Shown here one piece after another: positions 18,419 to 28,971 of a stretch of DNA of 64,000 bases. Position 1 is the stretch's first letter, and every line of letters starts with the position of its first letter. The position numbers and the translations under genes were made by a program. The stretch spans positions 64,001 through 128,000 of the forward strand of contig CBFGIT010000002.1 in the NCBI GenBank assembly GCA_965648905.1. The letters run 5' to 3'. Under the pieces are notes generated by a model that was given only the letters and a program-made list of their open reading frames with translations, was not told the origin of the DNA and did not search any database. This stretch comes from a candidate division WOR-3 bacterium. GTDB lineage: Bacteria > Hydrothermota > Tepidihabitantia > Tepidihabitantales > Tepidihabitantaceae.

Positions 18419-21400
18419 TTACTGCCTTACAACTACAAGCTTCTTGGTCACTCGGTTGACTGAGTTCCCGCCTGAGTAATCGAGCACGTAGCGGTAGGTG
18501 CCGGACGCGACCCGCCGACCCGAGTCATTCCGACCGCTCCAGTTGATGAGCACCACCCCGGGCAGCACGCCTGCGTTCTCGCGCAGGCGGCTGATGCGCT
18601 CGCCTGCGCGGTTGTAAATGGTCAGGGTGATGCGGCCGGTGTCGGGTATGCCGATGACGAACGTGGTCGAGTCGGTCAAGGGGTTGGGGAAGTTATGGAC
18701 CGCCAGATTCGGCACCAGGGTCAGTGTCAGCAGCGCGGAATCGGTCACTAACGGGTCTTCGGCAACAACTCCCCGGATGATGAAGGCATGGACTGACGTG
18801 GTGTCAATGGCACCGGACAGTTCTTGAGCCGGGGCATCGACGCGCAACACAAAGGGACAAGCCTGGTTCGGAGCGAGGAACCCGAGGCTCGCAACCGGTG
18901 TCGACTCGAGTGAGTCGAGCAGGGCCGCGCTCCAGCCGGGCGGGGCTGTGACCGGGTTGAGTTCAACGGTTGCTCCGGCCGTGCCGACGACCGTCGCAGC
19001 AAATCGATACGACCGTTGCTCGCCCGACACTATCCGGCCGCTTGTGTCCGGCTCGATGACCAAGACGTAAGGCTGTCTGACCTCGAGCTCCAGTTCTTTC
19101 TTGTCGTTGGTCGGGTCCTCGTCGCCGGCCAGTCGGGTGGAGCAGCCTGCCGTGAACCGGCCCTGCATCGCAACCCAGGTCGGAAACGCCACCTCAACGG
19201 CCGAATCAGGCAGCAGCGAAGTGCTGACGTTCACGGTTCGGTCGTAGACCGTGCCGATGCGGAATCGGACATCAAAGTACTTCTCGGTCCTGGTCCCGTA
19301 GTTGCGAACAAGCACTCTGGGCCGCACCGTGTCCTGACCGCGCAAAGGGCTGGTTGGTGCGATTATCTTCTCGGTGCCGACATCGTGGCGGGTCCGGGTC
19401 TGGACCACGACCCAGGCCCGGGCCGTATCGTTGGCCGGGTTTGAGTCGCCGACGAGCGCGGTGAAACAGACCACGTTCAGGGTGTCAATCGGCTGCGCGG
19501 TCCAGGCAGGAAAGTAGAGCGTGTCGAACCGGCCCGAGGCCAGGGTCTCGGACACGGTGGCCGAGTAGTCAGCGCCGATGCGCATCGTCACGGGAAAGAT
19601 GCCTTCAACCGGGCCGTAGTTGCGCACGACCGCGGCGGGAAACACCGTGACGCCCGAATCGACAAACCCGGTCGGCGCAAGAATCAGCAGCGCGCTTACG
19701 TCCGGCACCGGCAACCGCAGGACATGGACCGAGTCAACCAGCGTGTCGTTGTGCCGGTTGCCGTCGTTGGCAAGCTCGGTGTAACAGGTAATCAGGACCC
19801 GACCGACGGTCCGGGCGGTCCAGTCCGGAAACGTCAGGGTGTCCTGCTGGCCAGGCTCGAGCGAATCGGTCAGGGTGGCCTGGTAGTCTGGGCCGATGAC
19901 GAGCGTCACCGGAAACCGTGCCGGCACCACGCCGAAGTTTCCGACAATCACGACCGGCGCGAGGACCGTGCCCGAGTCAACGCGGGGGCCGGGTGCCAGC
20001 AGTTGCACCGGGCCCACGTCAGGCCTGGGCGGCGGCTTGACGTAGACCGGAGTGCTGATTGTGTCGTTGTGCCGGTTCGCATCACCGGCCAGACTGGTGT
20101 AACAGGTAACAACCTGGGCCCCGGTGTCGACCGCAACCCAGACCGGGAACTCGAGCGTGTCGACTGCGCCCCGGGCCAGACTAACCTCGACCGCTTCCAG
20201 ATACCCGGTGCCGATGGCGACCGAGACCGGGAAGACCGCGGCCCGGTTGCCAAAGTTCTGGACCACGACACGTGGGACAATTGCGACTCCAGAGTCGACC
20301 GTATCGACCGGCGCGACAATCGCAGTCGGGCCGACGTCAAGAAAAGGCAGGGACTCGTAGTCAACCCGTACCGAAAAGAGCATCGGCAGGACCGCAGGTG
20401 ACGCATAGCCCAGTATGCTGCGATACTGGCAATAGCGCGACGCAAGCGAATCAGGCAGGGATTCACCGTTGGTAACTGCCAGCCATGTGCTCCAGTTGGT
20501 GTCCGGCACCGGACTCGGGCCGGTTCGAAACGCCATGTCGTTGGTCGTAATCCCGGGCAGCGAGTCGTCCCAGCTCAAGGTGTGCCAGAGCACCTCGACG
20601 CCGGCATCGAAGACCGATGATACGTAGACTTCCTCGAACCGGCGGTCGTAAGTCGAGCCGAACTCCCGCGCCTGGCCATGATGACTGCGGGCCGCAGGCA
20701 GGGTCTCGATGCGGGTCCAGTCCGGGCCGTAGAGCACAAGGCTGGGCCGAGCCCGGTTGTGGTCAAGGACAAGGAGGTCCATCGCGCCGTCCTGGTCAAA
20801 GTCGGCCAGGAGTCCGCCCGAGGCATTGACCGCGGTTGAACCGACAAGCCCGGTGCGGTCGTCACTGAAATGGGGCACGACCGTGGTGTCGTTGTAATAG
20901 ACCAGCGGCACCATCGTCGTGTCGGACGAGAAGTCACCCCGGAACAGCAACAGGTCAAGGGTCGAGTCGGCATCAAAGTAGCCGGCCGTGCTGCCGCCGT
21001 AGCTCGAACCGGGCCGGACAATCTCGCGGTTGTCGACCGTGAAGCCGGAGTCGCTGCCGTAGTAGATGAAAGTCGTCACCATCGTGTCGTACCCGGAGAA
21101 AACGAGGTCGAGCCAGCCGTCAGCGTTGAAGTCCGCGGTGGTGATGCCGTGCGGACTGCGCTCAGACAGCGGCAGCCAGTCAACGCGGCGAATGGTCCGG
21201 TTCGCCCTCATGTAGATGACCGCGCTCTGCAGCGAGGTCCAAGAGACTGCGGCAACGTCAGGCCAGCCGTCCCGGTCAAAGTCCGCGACCTCGAGATTGT
21301 GCCCGACCTTGCCGTATAAAGTGAAGACCGTGCGGTTGCTGCTCGAAAAGCCGCTGTCTGAACCCCAGAACACGCAGACCGTGCTGCTGTCCGTGGTTGC

Positions 21401-21895
21401 CAGGATGTCGAGGTAGGTGTCGCGGTCGAAATCGGAGACCATCACTGCCTCGCTCTTGCCGCCGGTACGCAGCCAGGTCGTGTCATCGGGCGACGGGCCT
21501 GAACTCGTGCCCCAGTAGACGACAACATGACGCGAGTGCCAGGCCGCGTGAACCAGGTCGGTGTAGCCGTCACAGTCAAGGTCGGCCAGGTCCACGCCGC
21601 CGCCACCGGTAATCGAGTACAGTCGGCGGCGAGTCGAATCAAACCCGGTCGGTGAGTTGAAGTAGACCCGCAGATATGGCCCGGAATCGTCCGGGCAGAC
21701 CACGTCCGCAAGACCGTCATGATTCAGGTCTGCGCGCGGGATGAACTCAACCGCGCCGCCGGCCCGGCGCGATGAATAGAGGTTGTCGGTGAAACTGCCG
21801 TCCTGGAAGTCGGACCCAGTTGTCTCGACCCAGGTGAGTGCGAATCCGATCGATACCAGGCTGAGAAGCAGGGCTGCGGTCAGCCTCACTGCCAA
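18419..21895 (-). CDS. Secreted FG-GAP repeat protein with four CARDB-like domains and FlgD-like CTD
   Basis: Repeated ADxxxDGxxD motifs, DVGP...VxNFG...NDT repeats, tail NFPNP...IYNRAGE...WSGRNDSGRRVASGTY. Confidence 0.85.
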   Translation of the reverse strand: MAVRLTAALLLSLVSIGFALTWVETTGSDFQDGSFTDNLYSSRRAGGAVEFIPRADLNHDGLADVVCPDDSGPYLRVYFNSPTGFDSTRRRLYSITGGGGVDLADLDCDGYTDLVHAAWHSRHVVVYWGTSSGPSPDDTTWLRTGGKSEAVMVSDFDRDTYLDILATTDSSTVCVFWGSDSGFSSSNRTVFTLYGKVGHNLEVADFDRDGWPDVAAVSWTSLQSAVIYMRANRTIRRVDWLPLSERSPHGITTADFNADGWLDLVFSGYDTMVTTFIYYGSDSGFTVDNREIVRPGSSYGGSTAGYFDADSTLDLLLFRGDFSSDTTMVPLVYYNDTTVVPHFSDDRTGLVGSTAVNASGGLLADFDQDGAMDLLVLDHNRARPSLVLYGPDWTRIETLPAARSHHGQAREFGSTYDRRFEEVYVSSVFDAGVEVLWHTLSWDDSLPGITTNDMAFRTGPSPVPDTNWSTWLAVTNGESLPDSLASRYCQYRSILGYASPAVLPMLFSVRVDYESLPFLDVGPTAIVAPVDTVDSGVAIVPRVVVQNFGNRAAVFPVSVAIGTGYLEAVEVSLARGAVDTLEFPVWVAVDTGAQVVTCYTSLAGDANRHNDTISTPVYVKPPPRPDVGPVQLLAPGPRVDSGTVLAPVVIVGNFGVVPARFPVTLVIGPDYQATLTDSLEPGQQDTLTFPDWTARTVGRVLITCYTELANDGNRHNDTLVDSVHVLRLPVPDVSALLILAPTGFVDSGVTVFPAAVVRNYGPVEGIFPVTMRIGADYSATVSETLASGRFDTLYFPAWTAQPIDTLNVVCFTALVGDSNPANDTARAWVVVQTRTRHDVGTEKIIAPTSPLRGQDTVRPRVLVRNYGTRTEKYFDVRFRIGTVYDRTVNVSTSLLPDSAVEVAFPTWVAMQGRFTAGCSTRLAGDEDPTNDKKELELEVRQPYVLVIEPDTSGRIVSGEQRSYRFAATVVGTAGATVELNPVTAPPGWSAALLDSLESTPVASLGFLAPNQACPFVLRVDAPAQELSGAIDTTSVHAFIIRGVVAEDPLVTDSALLTLTLVPNLAVHNFPNPLTDSTTFVIGIPDTGRITLTIYNRAGERISRLRENAGVLPGVVLINWSGRNDSGRRVASGTYRYVLDYSGGNSVNRVTKKLVVVRQ

Positions 21896-22098
21896 CCTCG
21901 TCGCTGCGACCGGGCGGAGATCACATTAGGAGTCTAGCGGCTCCCGTGCGCCTGGCAAGTTCAGGCCGCGTGACTCCGGGCTGCTCTCGTGCACGGCCAG
22001 GCAGAAACCAGGGGATGAGGAACTCAAACTCAAGCGAAGGATTGCCATCCGGTTTTGGCCGGGGAAACCAGTGGTTGTACCTTCGGATCGGAAACGCT

Positions 22099-23949
22099 TC
22101 AGTCGCTCGCGGTCAGTATCAGCTTTCTGCTGATGAGTGTAGCCCCGCCTTGCAGCCGCAAGAAAAACACGCTGGAGGAGAGACTTGAGGAACGAAGAGG
22201 GACAGAGTAGGAACCGGGTGCATGTGGGCCGGAGGCCAACTCGGCGATGACGCGGCCGGTCGCGTCGAATAAGGATAGGCTGACATCGGAAGCGACCGGC
22301 ACGTCGTAGCAGACGACCGCTCTGCCCGCAGTCGGGTTCGGGCTGACAGACAAGGCCCAACCACGGACCGGATGCAGACGGGCTTCCTCCACACCGCTCG
22401 GCCGAATCGTAAACGGCCGGTCGCATTCGTCGTACTGCCAGCCCGGGCCGTAGGCGACAGCCATCACCCGGGCCGACTCAGCCCGGATGTCAGGTACGAC
22501 CCAGAGGCAGGGAGTATCGGTCGGCGCCAGCCCATGCGCAATCGTGTCCAGCCGGTATGTCGAGTCCCGGCGCAAGAACAGCGACACCGAATCGCACCGC
22601 GGCGGCGTGAAAGTCTGCCACGAGACCCTGCAGGTCTCGCCGGCCTGGAAAACCTCGCCGCCCGCAGGCCGCAGCACCTTGACCGCCTCGACCTCAAAGA
22701 CCGATATCTTGCCATCGCCCATGGCCACGATGTCTTGATAGCCGTCGTAATTCACGTCCGCGATGTTCACGTTCAGGTCGGCAGGCGTCGAATGATGGTC
22801 GTTAACCCAGGTCCACTCACGTTGGAACTGGTTCACCCCGCTGGCTTTGATGACACCCAGCGCCCTGACCACACTCCAGACAATCTCCTGGACGCTGTCC
22901 CCATCCAGGTCTGCGCACATGCTCCGCCCGAGTGAGTTCATCCTGACCGAGGATACCCAGACCAAATCGACCAGAACCCGCTCGTACTGGTTGTCCCCGG
23001 TTGCCTGCCAACAGAACAGCCGGTTCAGCCAGGTGCCGCCCAAGTAGGTGGCGAACGCCATGAAGAACTCAGGTCTACCGTCCTGGTCAACGTCGTTGCC
23101 CGCGAAGACATCAACCCCGCCGTTCGGGAGTCCCGTCTCTTCGTACCAAACGCGCTGGTATCGGTCATTGCCCTGGCACTCCCTGACGCCGACTGGGCCG
23201 GACGAGTATATCATTCCGCCGATGAACTCACGCTTGCCGTCTGAATCGAAGTCGCCATAAGTTGTACGCGGGCAGGCACAGTTCTGCGGAGGACGCCATG
23301 CCACCCGGACTGCGTTGTTCCCGGTGCACTCCAGAATGAGGTTCGAGGGCGTGTCATCCTGGGCGGTCAACAGGTCGCTCAGGCTGTCGCCGTCCAGGTC
23401 GCCCGGCAATTGCACGGCCATCATCGTGGCGCTGCCGGGCGAAATGTCGAACGTCCATGCCAATTCGGTCGGCATCCCTGCGGGGTCAGGCTGTTCCATG
23501 CTGCATAGAATGGACCTGCAGGTCGAACCCACCCAGATCCAGTTGTAGCCGACAAGTTCCATCAGTCCGTCGCCGTCAAAGTCCCCGAAGTCACCGGGGT
23601 GGAAATAGCCAGGCCAGATCCCGGGCGGCGGTGGGTACACGATCGTATCGGCGTGCAGAATCGTCCAGCGGTTGTACGGCAGGAACCTACCTATCTCCCA
23701 GCGGGGCGGGCTGGTGAGCATACTGTCAATGTGCCCAGCGTAGTACGCCATCTCCAATCTGCCGTCGTGGTCAACATCAGTCATGGGATGGTAGTCGATG
23801 TCGTTTGCGTAGTAGGCGCAAGGCGCACGGCAGGATACGCGTTTCAGTCTCAACTCGGCCGGAATGACCCGCGGCGTGGCTAACGCCACGAGGAGAGCCA
23901 CAAGAAGGGGGAGGGAGGAACTCCCTCCCCCGCTGAACTGAGCGCTCAC
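22099..23949 (-). CDS. Secreted FG-GAP/VCBS repeat protein with T9SS CTD
   Basis: DxDxDG repeats, Ig-like PAGGEV domain, tail SPNP...FDATGR...VFFLRL. Confidence 0.8.
   Translation of the reverse strand: MSAQFSGGGSSSLPLLVALLVALATPRVIPAELRLKRVSCRAPCAYYANDIDYHPMTDVDHDGRLEMAYYAGHIDSMLTSPPRWEIGRFLPYNRWTILHADTIVYPPPPGIWPGYFHPGDFGDFDGDGLMELVGYNWIWVGSTCRSILCSMEQPDPAGMPTELAWTFDISPGSATMMAVQLPGDLDGDSLSDLLTAQDDTPSNLILECTGNNAVRVAWRPPQNCACPRTTYGDFDSDGKREFIGGMIYSSGPVGVRECQGNDRYQRVWYEETGLPNGGVDVFAGNDVDQDGRPEFFMAFATYLGGTWLNRLFCWQATGDNQYERVLVDLVWVSSVRMNSLGRSMCADLDGDSVQEIVWSVVRALGVIKASGVNQFQREWTWVNDHHSTPADLNVNIADVNYDGYQDIVAMGDGKISVFEVEAVKVLRPAGGEVFQAGETCRVSWQTFTPPRCDSVSLFLRRDSTYRLDTIAHGLAPTDTPCLWVVPDIRAESARVMAVAYGPGWQYDECDRPFTIRPSGVEEARLHPVRGWALSVSPNPTAGRAVVCYDVPVASDVSLSLFDATGRVIAELASGPHAPGSYSVPLRSSSLSSSVFFLRLQGGATLISRKLILTASD
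23907..23931. terminator. Perfect 11-bp hairpin just after the stop of 23946-24629
   Basis: GGGGGAGGGAG-GAA-CTCCCTCCCCC. Confidence 0.5.
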
Positions 23950-24629
23950 CTGCGCACCAGCTTCAGGCCGGCGGCACTGATGCCGTTGCCAACCGTGCAG
24001 TAGTAGACTCCAGGTGGCACGAGAAGACCCTGGCGGTCGCGACCGTCCCAGGTGACGACGGAGCCGGCCGGCGCAGCTTCGAGCGTGAGCTCGCGTACCA
24101 GCCGGCCGGTAACATCTACTTCTGGGCTGACAGGTGACGTAGTGCTGAGGGCCGAAGACGGTGCTCGATAAAAGTCGCCATAGCCGCCACCGCCTTTGTA
24201 CCAGTCATCGTCGCCGGGCAGCGGCGGGCGAGTGCGCGCCACCGAGAGCTGGAGATGCACGACGTCCCAGTCGAGCGCGAGGAACGTCGCCCATAGGTGG
24301 TCGTCAGGCGACACGTTGATAGAAGGGTTGCCCCTGCAGAACGGGTATTGGGCGGGTAGGTCGATCGCCCCTCGCCACGACGCGCCGTCGTCTTGCGAGT
24401 AATCGTACCAGACCCCAGCTCTGTTCCAGACAGCATGTACGCAGTGGTCGGCTGATGGCCCTGCCACGTCAGGAACAACCTGCAGCATATGGCTCGTCGA
24501 GAATCGGGTCGCCTGCTCTGGGTATACCGGCCAGCGCATGTCCTCGGCCGATGCTGTGGTCCAGGCAAGTGCGAGCAGAAGTGCGCCAACCACCGTCACG
24601 GTCATTGTGAAGCCATTCGATTTCATCAT
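23946..24629 (-). CDS. Short secreted protein, probably internally deleted (signal peptide, one Asp-box, FlgD-like CTD)
   Basis: RBS GAGGAGG. SQDDGASW, then an abrupt jump to DVTGRLVREL...WDGRDRQG...GVYY. Confidence 0.6.
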   Translation of the reverse strand: MMKSNGFTMTVTVVGALLLALAWTTASAEDMRWPVYPEQATRFSTSHMLQVVPDVAGPSADHCVHAVWNRAGVWYDYSQDDGASWRGAIDLPAQYPFCRGNPSINVSPDDHLWATFLALDWDVVHLQLSVARTRPPLPGDDDWYKGGGGYGDFYRAPSSALSTTSPVSPEVDVTGRLVRELTLEAAPAGSVVTWDGRDRQGLLVPPGVYYCTVGNGISAAGLKLVRR

Positions 24630-25025
24630 AACCTCCTCGGTTTGAGTGATTGGTTAGGCTTCAGTCGGTCCGTGAAAACCCAACATGCCCCGGAGCTACG
24701 GTCAGCCCCAGGGCGGACTTGGCCTGCTCGGACTTGGCCCGACGGATTGCAGGAACAGGTAAGAGCCAGGGTCGGATATGAACCGCGGGGGGGGAGAACA
24801 GGAGCGGACGCAGTCAGAGAGCAGAATGCAGAGCTGAGGATGTCGGCAACACAACCCGGGCCGCCAATGCGGCAGGGCAGAAATGAGGCGAGATTGTCGC
24901 AAGCCATGCTCATGCTCTGTTCGGCGCCTCCTGCGCCGGGGTTGTAACCAACTGCCCAAAGACAACGGGCCTGAGTAATGATAGGCCGGTGCGCACCGCT
25001 GTCAACAGGCAGACTTCAGCCGGGC

Positions 25026-25112
25026 TTACTGCACCACGACCTTGACCTTGCGCACGATTCCGTGCCCGTCTGCTACCAGCCGCAGGAAGTACACGCCGGA
25101 GGAAAGGACTGG
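25026..25112 (-). pseudogene. Orphan 3' end of a CTD-bearing gene
   Basis: Reads PVLSSGVYFLRLVADGHGIVRKVKVVVQ-stop; the frame closes shortly upstream. Confidence 0.65.
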
Positions 25113-25339
25113 GGTTATCGGGGACGCTACCCATTTGGGCAATCATGTTGTCAATAGCACACGACTTCGACTTCTGCCGGCCGGGTTTGTCCGCGCAGGC
25201 CTGGCTGCGTCCGGCGCACAGAGATAGGCGGGCCGCGATTGTCAGCCCCCCTGCGCCCTTGCCTGGTACGTCCGACATGGCGTATCAGGTAAGTGGCGGA
25301 ACTACAAAGTGTTAGCAGAATGGGGGGGGCGATTCATCC

Positions 25340-25367
25340 TTGACATCTGCCCGCGTTGGTTCATAAT
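25340..25367 (+). promoter_or_regulatory. Sigma70-like promoter upstream of the YncE-family gene
   Basis: TTGACA-16 nt-CATAAT. Confidence 0.5.
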
Positions 25368-25475
25368 GATGACAGAGCGGATGGCTTGACACGGGCTTGG
25401 AGCGATGCCAATGTTGACTGTCGATTGGCAGCCGGGCAATCCGCAAGTCCGTGACCGTCGAGCGCCGCATCGGAG

Positions 25476-26975
25476 GTGACCGTGAGGAAGGTCTTATCGA
25501 GGTTTCTTGAGTTCGGGCAAGCCCGGCGTACCGCTGCGCCGGAGAAGGACAACCAAGACTCTGCGCCGTCCCGGGCCGCGCGACGCGGCCGGGCAACGAT
25601 AGCCGCGCTATCTCTGTGTGCCATTTCCTGTCTACTGCATACTCCGGTTCACGGTCAATTCCTTGAGACGACAATCTGGCTGCCCGACTCGCTCGCCGGG
25701 ATGAGCTATCCGCGCGCCATCGCATGGAACCCGATGAACAACCAGGTCTATGTTGCCAGTGAGGTGAGCGAGTGCGTCATCGCGATTGACGCCCGTACGT
25801 GGCAGAAGGTCGCCCGTATCCCCTCGGGTCGCGGCGGCGCGGCCCTGCTCTGCACCCAGCCGGACAACAAAGTCTACTGCGCCGACGAGTCCAGCAACAC
25901 CCTCACCATCATCGATGGCACCCGCAACGCCCTCATCAGAATGCTCCCGGTCGGCAGCGGGCCCCGTTCTCTCTGCCACAACACGGCCCGGAACAAGGTC
26001 TACTGCACGAACCACGGGGATGAGCTGGTCAAGGTGATTTCGGGACTGCTCGATAGCCTGACCTCGGCAGTGCCCGTGGGCCCCCATCCGACTGGACTGT
26101 GCTACTGCCCGCGTCACAACAAGGTGTACAGTACTTGGTATGTGTACCCGGAGTCCGGTGCGGGCGGTGTTGCCGTGATAGACCGAGTGGCCGACACCGT
26201 CAGAACACGACTGGGATACCCATGCGAAACGCCCGGCGCGATCTGCCACAATCCGGAAGGAGACAAGATATACACCGCAGCACCGCTCCGGGGCAACATC
26301 CTGCGCATCTTCGACTGTGCGACGGATTCGCTCATAGGTGAACTCCCGGTTGGCGGAGCTGCTGCGCTGTGTTACAGCGCAGCGACCGACAAGGTCTATG
26401 TCGGCTGTGCCCGCCTGCAACAGATCCTGGTAGTAGGTGGGGTGGGTGATACTTTGATTGGCGCCATCCCGGTTGGACCAGCCGTAGATATGCGCTGCGA
26501 CAGGCATAGCGGCAGGCTGTATGCGGCAGTGCCGAACACAGGCAGCCTGTATGTGATAGACGGCGAATCGGACACGGTCATCAGGTCACTCAGGCCTGGG
26601 TCCACGCCTACAGCGCTGTGTGTCGACACCGTCGACAACCTGGTCCTCTGTGCTGAACGGGTTGGGCACGGAGTAGCGGTCATTGATGGAGCAAGAGACT
26701 CTATTCTGGGCTATGTCTTTGTCGGGGACCACCCGACCGATATCGTCGTCTGTCCGGCCGCAAACGGGGTCTTCTGCGCCAACCTGCGCAGCGGGCTGGT
26801 CACGGTCCTGGATGCAACAAGCAGCCGGATGCTGCGCAGCGTGGCAACGGGCGATAGCCTGCTCGACCTCTGCCTGAACCCGGTCGGCAACAAGCTCTAC
26901 TGCGCGGACGCGAACTCGGGCATAGTGTCGGTGCTGGTCGCTGGTGCGGACAGCATTGTTGCGGTCGTGCCGGTT
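25476..26975 (+). pseudogene. YncE/YVTN beta-propeller protein truncated at its 3' end by an IS3 fragment
   Basis: Repeats NKVYC...VxVID...D.....PVG. The pattern stops at VAVVPVG, where IS3 sequence begins, and there is no CTD. Confidence 0.8.
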
Positions 26976-27327
26976 GGCGGCGGCCGGAGCCGGGTGCGAT
27001 TCATCACTCGGACCGGGGCGTGCAGTACGTCTGTGGGCGTTCCAGCGGGCGCTGAGGCGGTCCGGCATGGTTCCGAGCATGAGTCGCAGGGGCGACCCTT
27101 ATGACAATGCGGTGGCGGAGAGTTTCTTCCGGACGCTGAAGGTGGAGTTAGTCTACCGGCGGCGGTTTGGGACTCGCTCGGAAGCGAAAGCCGCCATTGT
27201 CGAGCACATCGAGTTGTTCTACAATAGTCGGCGCCGGCACTCGAGCCTGGGCTATCTCAGCCCGAATGAGTTTGAGAAACAAGCCGGTGTCGCTTAAGAA
27301 AGTGTCCATCAAACCGGGGGCAGATCA
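26972..27327 (+). mobile_element. IS3-family remnant (3' part of the integrase core plus right inverted repeat)
   Basis: IHHSDRGVQY, then a frameshift, then SRRGDPYDNAVAESFF...FYNSRRRHSSLGYLSP. End GTGTCCATCAAACCGGGGGCAGATCA terminates in CA. Confidence 0.85.
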
Positions 27328-27885
27328 GACCGCTGCTCGGTTCAGGTTTGGGCGTGTTGCCTGATGTCCAATCATGTCCATCTGGTTGCAGTGCCTGCCA
27401 CCGAGTCCGGGCTGGCACGGGCCATTGGTGAAGCGCACCGACGCTGTACGAGAGCAGTGAACTTCCGGGAGAACTGGCGCGGCTATCTCTGGCAGGGGCG
27501 GTTTGCCTCCTGCCCGATGGATGAGCGGTATCTGCTGGCAGCGGTGCGCTACGTGGAACTCAATCCGGTTCGAGCGGGGCTGGTGGGCGTTGCGTGGGAG
27601 CACCGCTGGTCCAGCGCCGCAGCGCACGTCACCGGCAAAGACGACCGATTGGTGATGGTGAAGCCGATGCTGGAACGGGTCGCGGATTGGAAAGGATTTC
27701 TGAGCGACGGACTGAAGCCAGCAGAGCTGAGAGTACTGCGTGAGCACAATCGGACCGGTCGGCCTCTGGGCTCGGACGAATTCCTCACTTGGGCAGAGCA
27801 GGTGGCCGGCAGAGGCCTGGGCCCAAGGGACCATGGAAGCACAAGCCCGCGAGCTGCCATGAATCTAGTGTTATGTCCCGGAATT
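27328..27885 (+). mobile_element. REP-associated tyrosine transposase (RAYT, Y1 HUH), 5'-truncated
   Basis: CLMSNHVHL (HUH), GYLWQGRF.S, RYVELNPVRAG, WSSA, RTGRPLG. The N-terminus is replaced by the IS3 end. Followed by TTATGTCCCGGAATT. Confidence 0.85.
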
Positions 27886-27954
27886 ACGGCGCAACCGGAC
27901 GGCGTCTGGCATGGTCTATACAACCTGTTGAATCCCTGAAAGGAACTCCAAGTT

Positions 27955-28953
27955 ATGCAGGAACTGAAAGACGATATCAGGCGAGTGCACGAAGAGATTG
28001 AACGCGAGAGCCTGTTCGTCCAGGCAATCACGGCAGAGGTCGGCAAGGTCATTGTCGGCCAGAAGTACCTTGTGGACCGCTTGCTCGTAGGCCTCTTGGC
28101 CAATGGGCACATTCTGATTGAAGGCGTACCAGGCCTGGCCAAGACCTATGCGGTCAAGACTCTGGCGCAGGCGGTCGCCACCAGATTCCAGCGCATCCAG
28201 TTCACTCCTGACCTGCTGCCCGCGGACATCATCGGTACGCAGATCTACAATCAGCGGACCGGCGAGTTCAGTTCGCGCAAGGGACCGGTCTTCGCCAACT
28301 TCGTGCTGGCTGACGAAATCAACCGAGCTCCACCCAAGGTTCAGAGTGCACTGCTTGAAGCGATGCAGGAACGCCAAGTCACAATCGGCGAGGAGACGTT
28401 CCGGCTGGCTGACCCGTTCCTGGTGCTTGCCACCCAGAACCCGATTGAGCAGGAGGGAACTTACCCGCTGCCCGAGGCTCAGACCGACCGGTTTCTGCTC
28501 AAGCTCCGTGTCGGCTATCCGTCCAAAGAAGAAGAGAAGCTGATTGTCGACCGGATGACTGCCGGAGCCGAGCCGACCGCATCCCCCGTGGTCGACGCCG
28601 CCGCGATTATCCGGGGCCGGGAATTGTGTCACCGCATCTACGTCGATGAGAAGTTGAAGGACTACATCCTGAACATCGTCTTTGCCACCCGGTTCCCGAA
28701 GGACCACAATCTGGCCGACCTTGAGCCGCTGCTCCGCTACGGCGCATCACCGCGCGCGTCGATTTACCTGCTGACTGCGGCCCGGGCCATGGCGTTTCTG
28801 CGCCGGCGTGGATTCGTCATTCCCGAGGACATCAAGGAGCTTGCTCCGGACGTGCTCCGTCATCGGGTCATCCTGAGCTACGAGGCCGAGGCCGAGGAAC
28901 TGACGACTGATGACATCGTCCGGCGGGTGCTCGAAGGGGTTGAGGTTCCGTAA
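27955..28953 (+). CDS. moxR: MoxR-family AAA+ ATPase
   Basis: GVPGLAKT, RIQFTPDLLPAD, LADEINRAPPKVQSALLEAMQE, YPLPEAQ.DRF. Confidence 0.95.
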   Translation: MQELKDDIRRVHEEIERESLFVQAITAEVGKVIVGQKYLVDRLLVGLLANGHILIEGVPGLAKTYAVKTLAQAVATRFQRIQFTPDLLPADIIGTQIYNQRTGEFSSRKGPVFANFVLADEINRAPPKVQSALLEAMQERQVTIGEETFRLADPFLVLATQNPIEQEGTYPLPEAQTDRFLLKLRVGYPSKEEEKLIVDRMTAGAEPTASPVVDAAAIIRGRELCHRIYVDEKLKDYILNIVFATRFPKDHNLADLEPLLRYGASPRASIYLLTAARAMAFLRRRGFVIPEDIKELAPDVLRHRVILSYEAEAEELTTDDIVRRVLEGVEVP

Positions 28954-28971
28954 ACCAGGGCAGACGCTGGA

